Below, one piece after another: positions 31,763 to 41,755 of a stretch of DNA of 64,000 nucleotides. Origin of the DNA: Wickerhamiella versatilis (lineage: Eukaryota). A program made the position numbers and the translations under genes. The stretch is taken from positions 434,001 to 498,000 of the forward strand of contig JAQOWU010000003.1 of assembly GCA_030867685.1 (NCBI GenBank). The letters are read 5' to 3'. Numbering within the stretch: the stretch's first letter is position 1; every line of letters starts with the position of its first letter. The notes under the pieces were generated by a model, which worked only from the letters and a program-made list of their open reading frames with translations, was not told the DNA's origin and searched no databases.

Positions 31763-32776
31763 CTACTTTCTCCCCGTATCAGGTGAAGTGCCTGGTTCAC
31801 AAGATGTATCAGGAGAAGAACCAAGCAGGTCAATTTCATCATCTTTATCTATAGAAGGTTCCCTAGAAGGTTCCCGAGAAGGTTGCCCAGAGGAGGTGGG
31901 TTTCTTCTCCTGGGTAACACTCTCTGGCTTAGAGATGGGCTTGCTCTTGGGTTTATTCGCAGAAGGAGGTACTAAAGCCCAGTCAATCTCGTCCAACCCC
32001 TGTGACTTTAACCACTCGTTTGCCTTCCGGAAATGGGCAGATCCAAACCAACCACGAGAGGCTGATAGTGGGGAGGGATGCACACATTTTAGTACACAGT
32101 GACCTTGACCCGGCTTCAATTTATCAACTCTCTTGGCTGCTGGGTTTCCCCAAGCCAAGAAACACACGTGCGGATTTGATTTCAAGGCCGCGCGAAGGAC
32201 TTGCTCTGTGAATGTTTCCCAGCCATGGTTTGCATGTGAATTGGCTTTATGTGCCTCTACGGTCAGACAAGCATTTAGGAGTAGGACGCCTTGCTCTGCC
32301 CAGGGCGTGAGGTGACCAGTGCGGGGTGCTTCGAATCCAGGCACGCAGGACGCGAGCTCTTTATACATGTTCTGGAGAGAGGGAGGAGGTGGTGTGGGCG
32401 GCTTAACCGAGAACGCGAGACCGTGTGCTTGTCCATAATTGTGATATGGATCTTGACCTAATATAACAACTTTGACCTTATTGAGTGGACAAAATCGCGA
32501 CCAGCTATAAATATCCTCAGCCGGCGGGAATACCTGAGCCTTTTGGGAACGCAAGAATCGCTTAAGGCTCAAGAAATAAGGCTTGGTCAACTCCTCGTGT
32601 AACGCCGCAAGCCATGAATCTTCGAGTGTACGCAATTCGAGATCCAGGAGGTCGCGTTCTTCAGCAGTCAAGTTGGAAGCCCATCTATCTTTGTTAAATT
32701 CAGGACAAATTCGTTTAGTGGGTGCCGGACGCTTGCCCTGGCTAGCAAAAAAGTCAGTGATGGCACGGCGTTTCAT
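31763..32776 (-). CDS. UNG1: Uracil-DNA glycosylase
   Basis: KVVILGQDPYH, AHGLAFSV, PPSL, GVLLLN, HPSPLS; N-terminal PIP-like ITDFF. Confidence 0.97.
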   Translation of the reverse strand: MKRRAITDFFASQGKRPAPTKRICPEFNKDRWASNLTAEERDLLDLELRTLEDSWLAALHEELTKPYFLSLKRFLRSQKAQVFPPAEDIYSWSRFCPLNKVKVVILGQDPYHNYGQAHGLAFSVKPPTPPPPSLQNMYKELASCVPGFEAPRTGHLTPWAEQGVLLLNACLTVEAHKANSHANHGWETFTEQVLRAALKSNPHVCFLAWGNPAAKRVDKLKPGQGHCVLKCVHPSPLSASRGWFGSAHFRKANEWLKSQGLDEIDWALVPPSANKPKSKPISKPESVTQEKKPTSSGQPSREPSREPSIDKDDEIDLLGSSPDTSCEPGTSPDTGRK

Positions 32777-32780
32777 CGCG

Positions 32781-32834
32781 ACGCGTACTAAATCACTTTA
32801 GCAGGGTTTAGGGGAAGGCAGACATCCTACGCGT
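32781..32834. promoter_or_regulatory. Two MCB (ACGCGT) elements in the UNG1 / SUN-like divergent promoter
   Basis: ACGCGT at 32781-32786 and 32829-32834 within a 92-bp gap between divergent ATGs. Confidence 0.6.
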
Positions 32835-32868
32835 GGAATGATTAGTCAAAATAACCCGCAGCAGATGA

Positions 32869-33594
32869 ATGAAGAAGAATGAAGCCTTTTATCGCAGAGA
32901 ATGGCATAGTCTTAGTCCAAAAGATGTTAAGACGCTCAACTTAATCTATAAGCAAGTAGATTTGGTTGGACCAGTTCCAGAAAGGCCACGAAATCGCTGC
33001 CGGATGTGGGTTAGGCCATTGGCGTTTTGTATCCTTTTCTGGGCGCTGTTTTTCACGGTAAGTTCAGTAGGATCAGTAAATAAAGGTGACCCCTCTCCTC
33101 CTTGTACCGTAAATCTAGCCACGCACACATACAATACTTCAATTCAGGCCCATCTTGTTGGTCCCTCCAGGTTCTCTTTGTTCTCCTCTGCATTGAGGTG
33201 GGTCGGGCTGGAAACGCTCTTCCAGCAGAGTTCTAATGATCTCTTATCAGAATCCCTTTATAAGTGCAGTCAACTTGCTGGTGATAGAGTCACAGTGCTG
33301 CTCGGCGTCCCTGCAAATATCACAGCTATTACGGTGATAGGAATACAGGAAGGTATCAGATTCTTAGCGCTACCCTTTGTCCAAGATAAAGGTCGTATCT
33401 CCTACATTAGTGCTATTCATGGCTTTACTCAAACCGTGGCCTCACAGTCAACGGGTGTGCCCATCGAACACGGTCCCGTTTCTCTCAATGGACCACGACA
33501 AGGTGTAGAAATACATTTCATTGACAATTTAGAAAACATTTGTTTACACCAGATCTGTATTTATGGCATTCCACTGACTGTGAATTTATATTAA
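32869..33594 (+). CDS. Single-pass membrane protein, probable highly divergent SUN-domain (Mps3/Sad1-like)
   Basis: Basic N-terminus, one TM, then NLA....TSI, ITAITVI, VEIHFIDN, terminal ICLHQICIYG resembling the SUN C-terminal C.YR..VHG motif. Confidence 0.5.
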   Translation: MKKNEAFYRREWHSLSPKDVKTLNLIYKQVDLVGPVPERPRNRCRMWVRPLAFCILFWALFFTVSSVGSVNKGDPSPPCTVNLATHTYNTSIQAHLVGPSRFSLFSSALRWVGLETLFQQSSNDLLSESLYKCSQLAGDRVTVLLGVPANITAITVIGIQEGIRFLALPFVQDKGRISYISAIHGFTQTVASQSTGVPIEHGPVSLNGPRQGVEIHFIDNLENICLHQICIYGIPLTVNLY

Positions 33595-33643
33595 AGGGGT
33601 ATTAGCAAAATTAGTTTTAGAAGGAAAGCCAATGATTATAATG

Positions 33644-33997
33644 TTAAATATACTGGTAGTTGTGCGGCGCTGAGAGCTCACGTCTCGCCCGATAAATCGC
33701 CTGTATTGCAACTTCCAGTACCTCGAGTCTGTCATCCTCATTATCTTTGAGTGCGGATATACTAGAACTGGATGATGAGCTGTTGATACCCTGAATTTCT
33801 CCCTCCAACTGAGACACTCGGTCGAGTGCACTTGCTGCAGTATGGGATAACTGTTTTATCTGGGCTTCGAGATCCTGTATCTGCTGTTTATCAGAAATCT
33901 CATATTTATAGCGCATTGATCCACCACTGCTAGAAGTCGTCTGGCTGTCCTCAGATATGGACCGTTCGTGTAAACGTTTGGAGGCTATTCGAAACAT
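33644..33997 (-). CDS. Small coiled-coil protein, unknown function
   Basis: Heptads IQDLEAQIKQLSHTAASALDRVSQLEGEI; fills the gap between neighbouring genes. Confidence 0.6.
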   Translation of the reverse strand: MFRIASKRLHERSISEDSQTTSSSGGSMRYKYEISDKQQIQDLEAQIKQLSHTAASALDRVSQLEGEIQGINSSSSSSSISALKDNEDDRLEVLEVAIQAIYRARRELSAPHNYQYI

Positions 33998-34151
33998 GTC
34001 TAAAACACGCGGAATCTAAATCGGGCAAACGGTAACTAATAAATGAAAAGGCCCAACCCTGGTATCGCGTTCATTACATAATAAAATAATTGATTATCAA
34101 ACTTTGTAGCGCCTCCTGCGTGGCCGAGATTGTACCGAGCCCGATGTCCCG

Positions 34152-34673
34152 ATGTCCGCATACGTTTACAGCGCGTCAGGGAACGCTATCTCAAGAGACT
34201 CTAATATCTCTGGAGCGCGATTCATCATAAATCATGGTAATTCTTTGGTTGAAGCCGGGTCTATCATTAGGGGGGATCTTAATCACGGTAAGCCAATAAT
34301 TAAGTGGGGCCATCATTGCATCTTTAAGTCTGGCTGTTCTATTGAACCCCCGGAACGAGAGGGAAAGCGATTTCCGTGTGTTCTGAATAATTTTGTTGTA
34401 GTTGGCTGTGGTACTAAGGTTGAGGCTGCGCAAATTGGGTCACATGTCGTGCTCGGAGACAATTGTGTTATAGGAAAATTTACAATAATAAAGGATTGTG
34501 TGATTGTGAAGTCAGGAACTCGTATTCCGCCATTTTCTGTTGTAAGTCCACTTAGTTTAATGGGGCCTTATGGACTTGACGACTTACCGGAATCTTCCTC
34601 AATAATGATCGAGAGATACTGCCGAGAACTACATGCTGGTATTGATTCACACTTAGAACTATCAGTGCCATAA
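34152..34673 (+). CDS. Dynactin subunit p25 (DCTN5-like, left-handed beta helix)
   Basis: SGNAISR, IIRGDL, VEAAQIGSHV.LG.NCVIGKF.IIKDCV, LPES. Confidence 0.85.
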   Translation: MSAYVYSASGNAISRDSNISGARFIINHGNSLVEAGSIIRGDLNHGKPIIKWGHHCIFKSGCSIEPPEREGKRFPCVLNNFVVVGCGTKVEAAQIGSHVVLGDNCVIGKFTIIKDCVIVKSGTRIPPFSVVSPLSLMGPYGLDDLPESSSIMIERYCRELHAGIDSHLELSVP

Positions 34674-34847
34674 GTTATGTATAACATCCCGTCTTTTTCC
34701 TGGAGCACCGTGTCGAATATTCTAAATAACTATCAAAAGGCTCATCTGTCTCGTTACAGGGAAAAAAAAGATTAAGTATTATCCAAATTTTGAATATAAA
34801 CCTAATTTATAATAACGTCAATTTAAATTAATAGGAACATGTACAGG

Positions 34848-37688
34848 TTATGATGACTTATTCTTGAGTGCCGCAGCATATGTGAGATACCAGCTCCTAG
34901 AGGCCCCGCCATCGAGCCATTCTGCCTTGAAATTGTCTTGAGAGAAGAATTTATACGAGCTATCAGGATCAAATAGGGCCTGATTACCTCGCAAAACACC
35001 CGTCCAACCTGAACTCACACTATCTATCAGGGAGGATATCTTACTCTCCCATTCTTGCTTCACAAACTCGGAGCGACGCATAAGACCAGAAGCAGGGATT
35101 AACGGAAGCATTTGAATACCCTGAATGTATTCCGTATTAGTGCCGAAGAAAGTTGTGTGGTCAAGCTTGTTCTCGTACGAAATACCAGTGACGCGGTTGG
35201 CAATGAAGTTGCTGGGTTGAATCTTGTTACTATCACGCATCAAGAAATACATGTCTAGTGATCGATGCATGATGGCAAGCATAAGATCACCCCTTGCCTC
35301 CATACTCTTATCACCGGACACTTGGCCCCATAGCTTCATTCCATAGGCGAAGTTGTAATCCTCAGATGTAGATTCTTCATTTTTGCCATCACCGGATTCG
35401 AAAAGACCAGCCGCCCACGAATGGCCGTGGTAGAAATCGAACATCCTAAAAACCGGGAAGTGACTGTCCTCTGAGCTTGGATTCGCAACATCTCTGATAA
35501 GTGAATTCACCCACTCACGGTTCTGATCTAACCATTTGCCGTCATCAACCTCCTTATCAAGTTTTGCGATTACTGCTGCAGTGTGTACGAGGTACCCGTA
35601 GTGGAAATGGTGATCATTGTAAAAAGGCGCACCAAAGTCATCATTAGGGGTACCACCCTGCTTGTTTGCTGCCGAAGAAGTTATTCCTTTCATAAGCGTA
35701 TCATAAATTAGAGGAGTTTCTTGCTGATTGGACAGCCAAGGCTGCAGGGCAGACTTCAGGGTGGATAATCCCTGCTTTGTGACACTGTTGGAACCGAGAA
35801 TGTCATGTGCAACAAGTAGTATATAGGCAAACTTATCGAAGCCCTTACCAGCTGTGTAAGTCGATGAGGAGGCAGTTTGACCGTGAATATCTTCTGATAA
35901 CTCCTGGTTAACAACTTTGGCGATAAGTTGTAGATCATCACTGGAAATACTGGATTCTGTCTGATTTTCTTGGAAGGGAAGCCACTGAAGGTCAGTGTAT
36001 AATTGCTCTTCCATCTCCAGTTTGGTGTCTAATACAGCTTGTACGTAGCCCTTAGAGGGTGAGTACGCTCGGAAATCCAGTTTGTTCACATTTTCGGTGA
36101 AAGACTCACACTGATGTGGCAGTGCGTACAAAAGAACCTTGCCACTAGTGGATGTTCCCTTTGTGTTATAGGAAATCCTGTATGTCGCGACGTCACCAGA
36201 TACTTCACCTCCAATACTAGCTGAGACAATGTATGCTCCAGCTGCACTATCAATTGACTTGTCGTCGGCACCCTCAGGAATGATACCGACCTGGACTACT
36301 ATATTGGAGCCTTGCTCTGAGCCAGTAACTTCGTAATCTGATTTCACGTTCAAATCGAAGTTGTCACTAGCGCCAGAAACATATATGTTCCACTTAACAC
36401 CATTGATAAGTGTTGCTTGCCACTTTTTGACTCCATTATTTAGAGTACCGCCAGAAACAACACGTTGGATACCTATTTGACTGAACAGGCGTGGTGTTAA
36501 ATTCGAATAGACACCCGAGACAAGACCCATTCCCAAAGCAAGGGGGAATTGGACAGAGTTACCATCGCCGCTGCTAAGAGAGAAGAGGGTGTGGAAAGGT
36601 CCCGTCTCTTGTACAGAGGGTTGCATATTGTCAATCGTGAATTCATTCGCTGATAGTACCAAACTTTGGAGCATTAAAGGATTTGTGTAGTACTCGACGG
36701 GATTGGCGCTTGCATCAGGCCCGAATACCCTCTGCGATGCGTTGGTAGCTGACACTCCCAAACCAAAATATTGTCCCTGATTAGAGTACCAAACACCGTA
36801 TGGTTGAGTGAATGATGTCAAGTTCTGACCATTCAGTAGCAGATTCGCGAAGAATTTGTTAGATTGAATAGGACCTCCGCGTTTCACGTTCTTCGGCAGA
36901 TCTAATGGGATATCTTCCCTCTTGAACATACTCGGTGGCTCATCAGTTGCGATAGCGGAGAAAATTGATGTACCAGAATATCCTTGTTCGCTAGACGTGG
37001 AGCTCGTGGAAGTCGTCGAGGCCTCATAAGAGGAAGACGTGGATGATGCTGATTCTCCTGAAGTTGTCGCATATGAGCTCGTTTCAGGGGAAGAAGTTTC
37101 TACCGAAGATGAGGACGAAGATGAAAACGCCAGTGTATTTGTCGTAGAGGTGGTACTTGTGGCCTGGGGGCTCGTTTCAGTAGATGATGCTGCTGAGCTC
37201 GCGGAGGATGAGCTTGTCTCAATGGGAGAATAGCTTGTGGTCACCAGACTGCTCTCTGCAGAGCTCGTGGATGAAGGAGTTGCGGTAGGGGATGTCTCGC
37301 TCAATCCAGAAGAAGTACTCGTGCTAGCACTAGCCTGGGATGATGATGAGCTTGAAGGCGTTAAAATCGTGAAACCAGCCGTGTAAGAGCTAGGGTCAAT
37401 CGTTTCCGTCAGCACAGTAGTGGAATATCCCGTAAATTGGGTGACTGGCGGCAATTGAGTCGATGCTGTTGTTGTCAAGACATATCCTGTCGCTATGGTC
37501 GTTGGTACAGTGGTTGCCTCATAAATAGTGGTAGACTCTGTGGTTTCCATATGATCGTGGACTGTTGATTGTTGTTGTGTTTGCTGGACAACCACGGCAC
37601 TTGGTGTGACCACATCATGGATTGTTACTGCTCGCCCGCATGTTACAGCTAGTGCTGATAATAATGTGACGATAAACGATGCTGACAT
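34848..37688 (-). CDS. ENG1: Secreted GH81 endo-1,3-beta-glucanase (Dse4/Eng1)
   Basis: Signal peptide, Ser/Thr stalk, SNKFFAN, DFGAPFYNDHHFHYGY, GHSWAAG, DGKNEESTSEDYNF, EYIQGIQMLP. Confidence 0.93.
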   Translation of the reverse strand: MSASFIVTLLSALAVTCGRAVTIHDVVTPSAVVVQQTQQQSTVHDHMETTESTTIYEATTVPTTIATGYVLTTTASTQLPPVTQFTGYSTTVLTETIDPSSYTAGFTILTPSSSSSSQASASTSTSSGLSETSPTATPSSTSSAESSLVTTSYSPIETSSSSASSAASSTETSPQATSTTSTTNTLAFSSSSSSSVETSSPETSSYATTSGESASSTSSSYEASTTSTSSTSSEQGYSGTSIFSAIATDEPPSMFKREDIPLDLPKNVKRGGPIQSNKFFANLLLNGQNLTSFTQPYGVWYSNQGQYFGLGVSATNASQRVFGPDASANPVEYYTNPLMLQSLVLSANEFTIDNMQPSVQETGPFHTLFSLSSGDGNSVQFPLALGMGLVSGVYSNLTPRLFSQIGIQRVVSGGTLNNGVKKWQATLINGVKWNIYVSGASDNFDLNVKSDYEVTGSEQGSNIVVQVGIIPEGADDKSIDSAAGAYIVSASIGGEVSGDVATYRISYNTKGTSTSGKVLLYALPHQCESFTENVNKLDFRAYSPSKGYVQAVLDTKLEMEEQLYTDLQWLPFQENQTESSISSDDLQLIAKVVNQELSEDIHGQTASSSTYTAGKGFDKFAYILLVAHDILGSNSVTKQGLSTLKSALQPWLSNQQETPLIYDTLMKGITSSAANKQGGTPNDDFGAPFYNDHHFHYGYLVHTAAVIAKLDKEVDDGKWLDQNREWVNSLIRDVANPSSEDSHFPVFRMFDFYHGHSWAAGLFESGDGKNEESTSEDYNFAYGMKLWGQVSGDKSMEARGDLMLAIMHRSLDMYFLMRDSNKIQPSNFIANRVTGISYENKLDHTTFFGTNTEYIQGIQMLPLIPASGLMRRSEFVKQEWESKISSLIDSVSSGWTGVLRGNQALFDPDSSYKFFSQDNFKAEWLDGGASRSWYLTYAAALKNKSS

Positions 37689-38592
37689 CAAAGCTAACGT
37701 ATTTTCACCAAAGTGAGGTTGGATGTATTATATTACAATAAAGAGTGGCTGGATTGGTGGTGGAACTCGATTTACTGGGTTAGGCGGCCCACATATCAGT
37801 AGGTTGGGGTGTTTAGACACACATAACAATTAAAAAGACTAGAGCCGTAATCATATGGTCAACGAATGAAGATTTTTATTACAATTTCGGCGGCCAACAT
37901 ACGTGTTGACTCGATGAAATAAACGTTGGACGCAACGGATCTGTCAAAGTGGCTGGTGAGGGCAAGGGTTGTACAGTCCACGTAAATCTTCTTTCTGCAG
38001 CCGATGGCCATGGTGGTAGGTAATGAGACAATCCTCCTATAATTAGAAGATGCATCTGGTGACGTATATGTATGATATCTGGAGTTTATTGCTCACATTC
38101 GAGTTATGTTTTGTAACCAAGAGAAGGGCCAAGTACACATCGAATTTAAATATAAACTTAGTTTTATCATAACTACATAGCTCGTAATTTGGGGTACACA
38201 GCAACGTCCGGCTACTGTGGCTGGAGTTGAAAGCCGTTGATGACACACACAACACACCCACACACCTCTCTGGCGGGGTATGCTGGCTACCACTAATGAA
38301 GACAAATTAATTGGCAAATTAGAACATGCAATTTGCTGAACGAACTCTAGATTTTTAGTAACTTTTATATTTTTCAGTGCTCTACTAGAAAAACAACAAG
38401 AAACTATTATGGATATTGTGTTTGATAAGGGTATAAAAGTATTACCATAGCTCTTATTTTGATAAGTATATCGCACTTTCCTATTGAATTAAGCAGCAGT
38501 TAATGGAAAAATAATGGGGAAGTAGTCTTTACAGAAGTCGCATTTATCAGAACCCCAAATCCTGCGACCTGCCTACCAAGTAACAAAACAAA

Positions 38593-39156
38593 ATGAGCAT
38601 TCAAGTTGAAAAAGAGAGAGTGGCTACTAAAATGACGACAAAATGGGACGAGATAGCAAAAATATCAAGTGAACTTCGAAATCGTATTACGGAGGTACAA
38701 TTTCTGCTACGTGCTTCCAATACCCATGTCGACCCCCGATATACGGCCTCTGTGAACCCACCACCAGCCGCCAACTGTTATATCTCCCCTACTCAAGGGA
38801 GGGAAGTTAACTGGAAGGCATATGACCCCCGAAAATGGCAGTTTTGTCAATCAAATATAAGTTTTAGAGAAATTTGGTCTGAATGGAGGGAAGGGACCAG
38901 AATTAAGCCAAGCGTTCAATGGATGGAACAACAGTATGGTCCACGAGATAAATGGCTGGATGCTTCACAACAGATGGCGGGAATAGTTCGCTCCAAAATT
39001 GTTCAAGAGATTGACAGAAACCTTGATTTTGGAAGGCCCTTTGCCGAGATATGTGCTGCCGGAGAGGCAGTGGCCTCCCGCGAGGGCTCTTTGATTAAGG
39101 TTGCCAAGCTTATAGTGCTAAATGAGGCGTCGAACAGGTCAACGTTTTACAGGTAG
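38593..39156 (+). CDS. GCR1_C-domain DNA-binding protein (Msn1/Hot1/Gcr1 family)
   Basis: SFREIWSEWREG...PSVQWMEQQYG...W......R.KIV.EI pattern typical of GCR1_C; short N-terminal coiled coil. Confidence 0.75.
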   Translation: MSIQVEKERVATKMTTKWDEIAKISSELRNRITEVQFLLRASNTHVDPRYTASVNPPPAANCYISPTQGREVNWKAYDPRKWQFCQSNISFREIWSEWREGTRIKPSVQWMEQQYGPRDKWLDASQQMAGIVRSKIVQEIDRNLDFGRPFAEICAAGEAVASREGSLIKVAKLIVLNEASNRSTFYR

Positions 39157-39253
39157 ACCTTCTTCAAAACAATATCCTCGCAATTATAGCCCTTAAAATT
39201 AAATATTTAAATAGGATCGTATATGAGAATTGAACATCTCATCCAATCATAAC

Positions 39254-41332
39254 TTAACTACTGTTATTAACGTATCTCAGCAGCTGCTGGATATGTGAGT
39301 CTTCTGGTTCTGGTCTTGTATCACGCAAGGCATCAAGAGCTTGGTCGAGGGCCTCTGCTGTTGGCAAGTCATCGGCCATGGGCTGGGTGGCCGCTGCACC
39401 TGCCATTTCAGGAGGGGGTGCCGAGGATAGCGTCGCTTGAACATTCCCATGTGCCTGTGTCATCCTTGCTGCCTCTGAAGCCTGCTGCTGTGCCCGCTTA
39501 CGCGCGTTTCCTCTGCGAGATCGATAGTCTCCAGTAACGTAATGGAATACTGCAGGCATCGGCAATCCACAGCGAACGAAAAACATCTTGAGATTTCTTG
39601 CCTTGTCCTTGAGTTGTATTTGCGTTCGATCCTTCAAAACTTCAGATATTATGCCACCACGTCCATACAACTTCAGGATTTCTGACCAGTGTGGACCCTG
39701 TACTTTATCCATACCCTTTAGAAGGGCTTCTTCCTCTTCCTTTGTCCATGATCTACGCGTCGTGTACAAATGGCCTCTTGGTCGTAGTGCCTCGGCTCCT
39801 TCTGGTGTATTTCTTGCACGTTCGAATGTTGCAAACGCGTCACTATTACCCACCGCATCCCTCTGCGCAAGTCGGCGACGATCACGTTCAGGAAGCTCCG
39901 GCACTTGAGGATGCGGTGCTGGCGACGGGGGAACCGGGGGTGGTCGCGACAACGCTGCAGGGGCCGGAGGAAGCGGCATATTTGGAGGTGGAGGATTGGT
40001 TGGCATTGGCGGCAATGGTGCTGGCACATGCTTAGGTGCGGGCGATGGTGGTTCAGCTTCCTCAACTACTGGCAATCTTCTACGAGGAGCAGCCTCCTTA
40101 GGAGCTTCTGACTTGTTTTCAGTCTCATCAGAGGCAACTGGCGCTGCAGGCTTCTCCTTTTCTGAGACTGGTTGGACAGCTTGGCCCGTATTTTCCTTAG
40201 GTGCCTGTTGTGACTCTTCATGCACGGGGGGCTGTACACTAACTTGGTGTGTTGGTACTACTACACGTAGGTTTGCGGTGGTTAGATTCTTCTGTACATA
40301 TTCGAACAACTCCCGAAGAAATGACACCCATTGATACTTCTTCGCAAGCTTGACCTCATCAGCCTCTTCTTTTTCTATGTTTTCTTTCCGCTTGCGAAGC
40401 CTTTGAACAAATTCTGACTCGACTGGGGTGAGCTGGCTTCGTTCATGACCCTCTAGAAGCAGTGACTCCATGTCTTCTGGGAAGAGGCTATTCAACACCT
40501 GGGCCGCATTATCCTTTTCCTGGGTAAGAGCTGAAATATAGGCCTGTGTTTTCAATTCTATTAAGAGTTCTCCTTGCGGCTTGAGTAGTCTCCCATTTTC
40601 AGGCACGAATATACTAAGGAACCACTTATTCAAGTCCGCAAAGCCCACCTCTATGGCTCCAAAAATTGCGATGCAAAAAGTTGTCAAATTGATGCGCTGA
40701 ATGACATCCCTATTTTCGATGAAGCGCGTTGTGCCTGGAATGTTGTAAGGAAGAAATGGGCCTAACTCAGTCACAAATAATTCTTTAGTGTCTTCAAAGA
40801 TACTGACCAGATGACGATAAATACGCCCACGCTCCGATTCAGGTTGCATTATCATGTTGAGCACCTCAGAGTAATGACCTTTTCCGAGAGCATCAAGTAC
40901 CTGATATGCCAACAAGTTTACCACGGGCAACATCCTCTCTCTGGTACCAATTAGCATGGCACTTTCTTTTGGTCTCTCATCTGTCTTATGCTCTTGAACC
41001 TGGGCAACCAATTGTTCTTTGTACGCGTCGCTCAACGGCTTTACTTGTGGTTCAGGAGCCTGGATAGGTGGTGGTGCTTGAGCTGGGACTTCTGGAGCAG
41101 CTTGACTTTGCATCGTGGCCAGCGCACCTTGAAGCTGTTCAGCCAGTGCTATTCCCTCATCAGCAGGAGGAGGTGTGGGTTCCGCTTCCTGTGCCGATGG
41201 TTGTGTGTGCTGTTGAAGCTGGGACACCAGGGTCTCCAAATCCAGCTCAGATGCCAAAGGTGTTTGCTGTTGCTTTTTTCCGCCTCTATCATCAGGCACT
41301 GGTCCGCCGGACCGTTTGGCACCGGTCTCCAT
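39254..41332 (-). CDS. TBF1: Telomere repeat-binding factor Tbf1 (TRFH-like plus telobox Myb domain)
   Basis: INLTTFC, LLKPQGELLIELKTQAYIS, RRSWTKEEEEALLKG, WSEILKLYGRGG.ISEVLKDRTQIQLKDKARNLK. Confidence 0.9.
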   Translation of the reverse strand: METGAKRSGGPVPDDRGGKKQQQTPLASELDLETLVSQLQQHTQPSAQEAEPTPPPADEGIALAEQLQGALATMQSQAAPEVPAQAPPPIQAPEPQVKPLSDAYKEQLVAQVQEHKTDERPKESAMLIGTRERMLPVVNLLAYQVLDALGKGHYSEVLNMIMQPESERGRIYRHLVSIFEDTKELFVTELGPFLPYNIPGTTRFIENRDVIQRINLTTFCIAIFGAIEVGFADLNKWFLSIFVPENGRLLKPQGELLIELKTQAYISALTQEKDNAAQVLNSLFPEDMESLLLEGHERSQLTPVESEFVQRLRKRKENIEKEEADEVKLAKKYQWVSFLRELFEYVQKNLTTANLRVVVPTHQVSVQPPVHEESQQAPKENTGQAVQPVSEKEKPAAPVASDETENKSEAPKEAAPRRRLPVVEEAEPPSPAPKHVPAPLPPMPTNPPPPNMPLPPAPAALSRPPPVPPSPAPHPQVPELPERDRRRLAQRDAVGNSDAFATFERARNTPEGAEALRPRGHLYTTRRSWTKEEEEALLKGMDKVQGPHWSEILKLYGRGGIISEVLKDRTQIQLKDKARNLKMFFVRCGLPMPAVFHYVTGDYRSRRGNARKRAQQQASEAARMTQAHGNVQATLSSAPPPEMAGAAATQPMADDLPTAEALDQALDALRDTRPEPEDSHIQQLLRYVNNSS

Positions 41333-41755
41333 TGCAACTACCTACAGAATTCTTTCACGTGAGGAATATTACTAAGCGGAATTCCAAAACTCTGCTGATC
41401 TCATAATTTAACGCGGCTAAAATAACGATGTCGATGTCATTGTGTATAGAGATCTTAAGTTCAGACCTGTATAAGCCTACGTAAATCAGGTTAGGATAAT
41501 TTAAAAATCTATCTTTCACGAACACTTCACTAATTCGCGAGAGTCCGTATCGCGATATTTTGAATACCGGACCGCTGGAAAAAGTCTCGGACTCTGGATT
41601 CAGATACACACACAAATATATATACATATGTATATATATATCAATAATTGACTATTAGAAAATGAATTCAGGAGTGCCTAGTTTAAATAATGATCATAAT
41701 TCGACAGTTGAGTCCTGGTCATGCATATGCAGAAATAAGTAACGGTTGGCCAGGT

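Noticed and set aside
38237-38339. TGATGA...CTGA pair as a C/D snoRNA
   Set aside because: Poor terminal stem, and no convincing rRNA-complementary guide recognised
38043-38476. Short minus-strand ORFs of 72 and 127 aa
   Set aside because: No recognisable motifs, AT-rich promoter-like sequence, and the longer one has a non-ATG start
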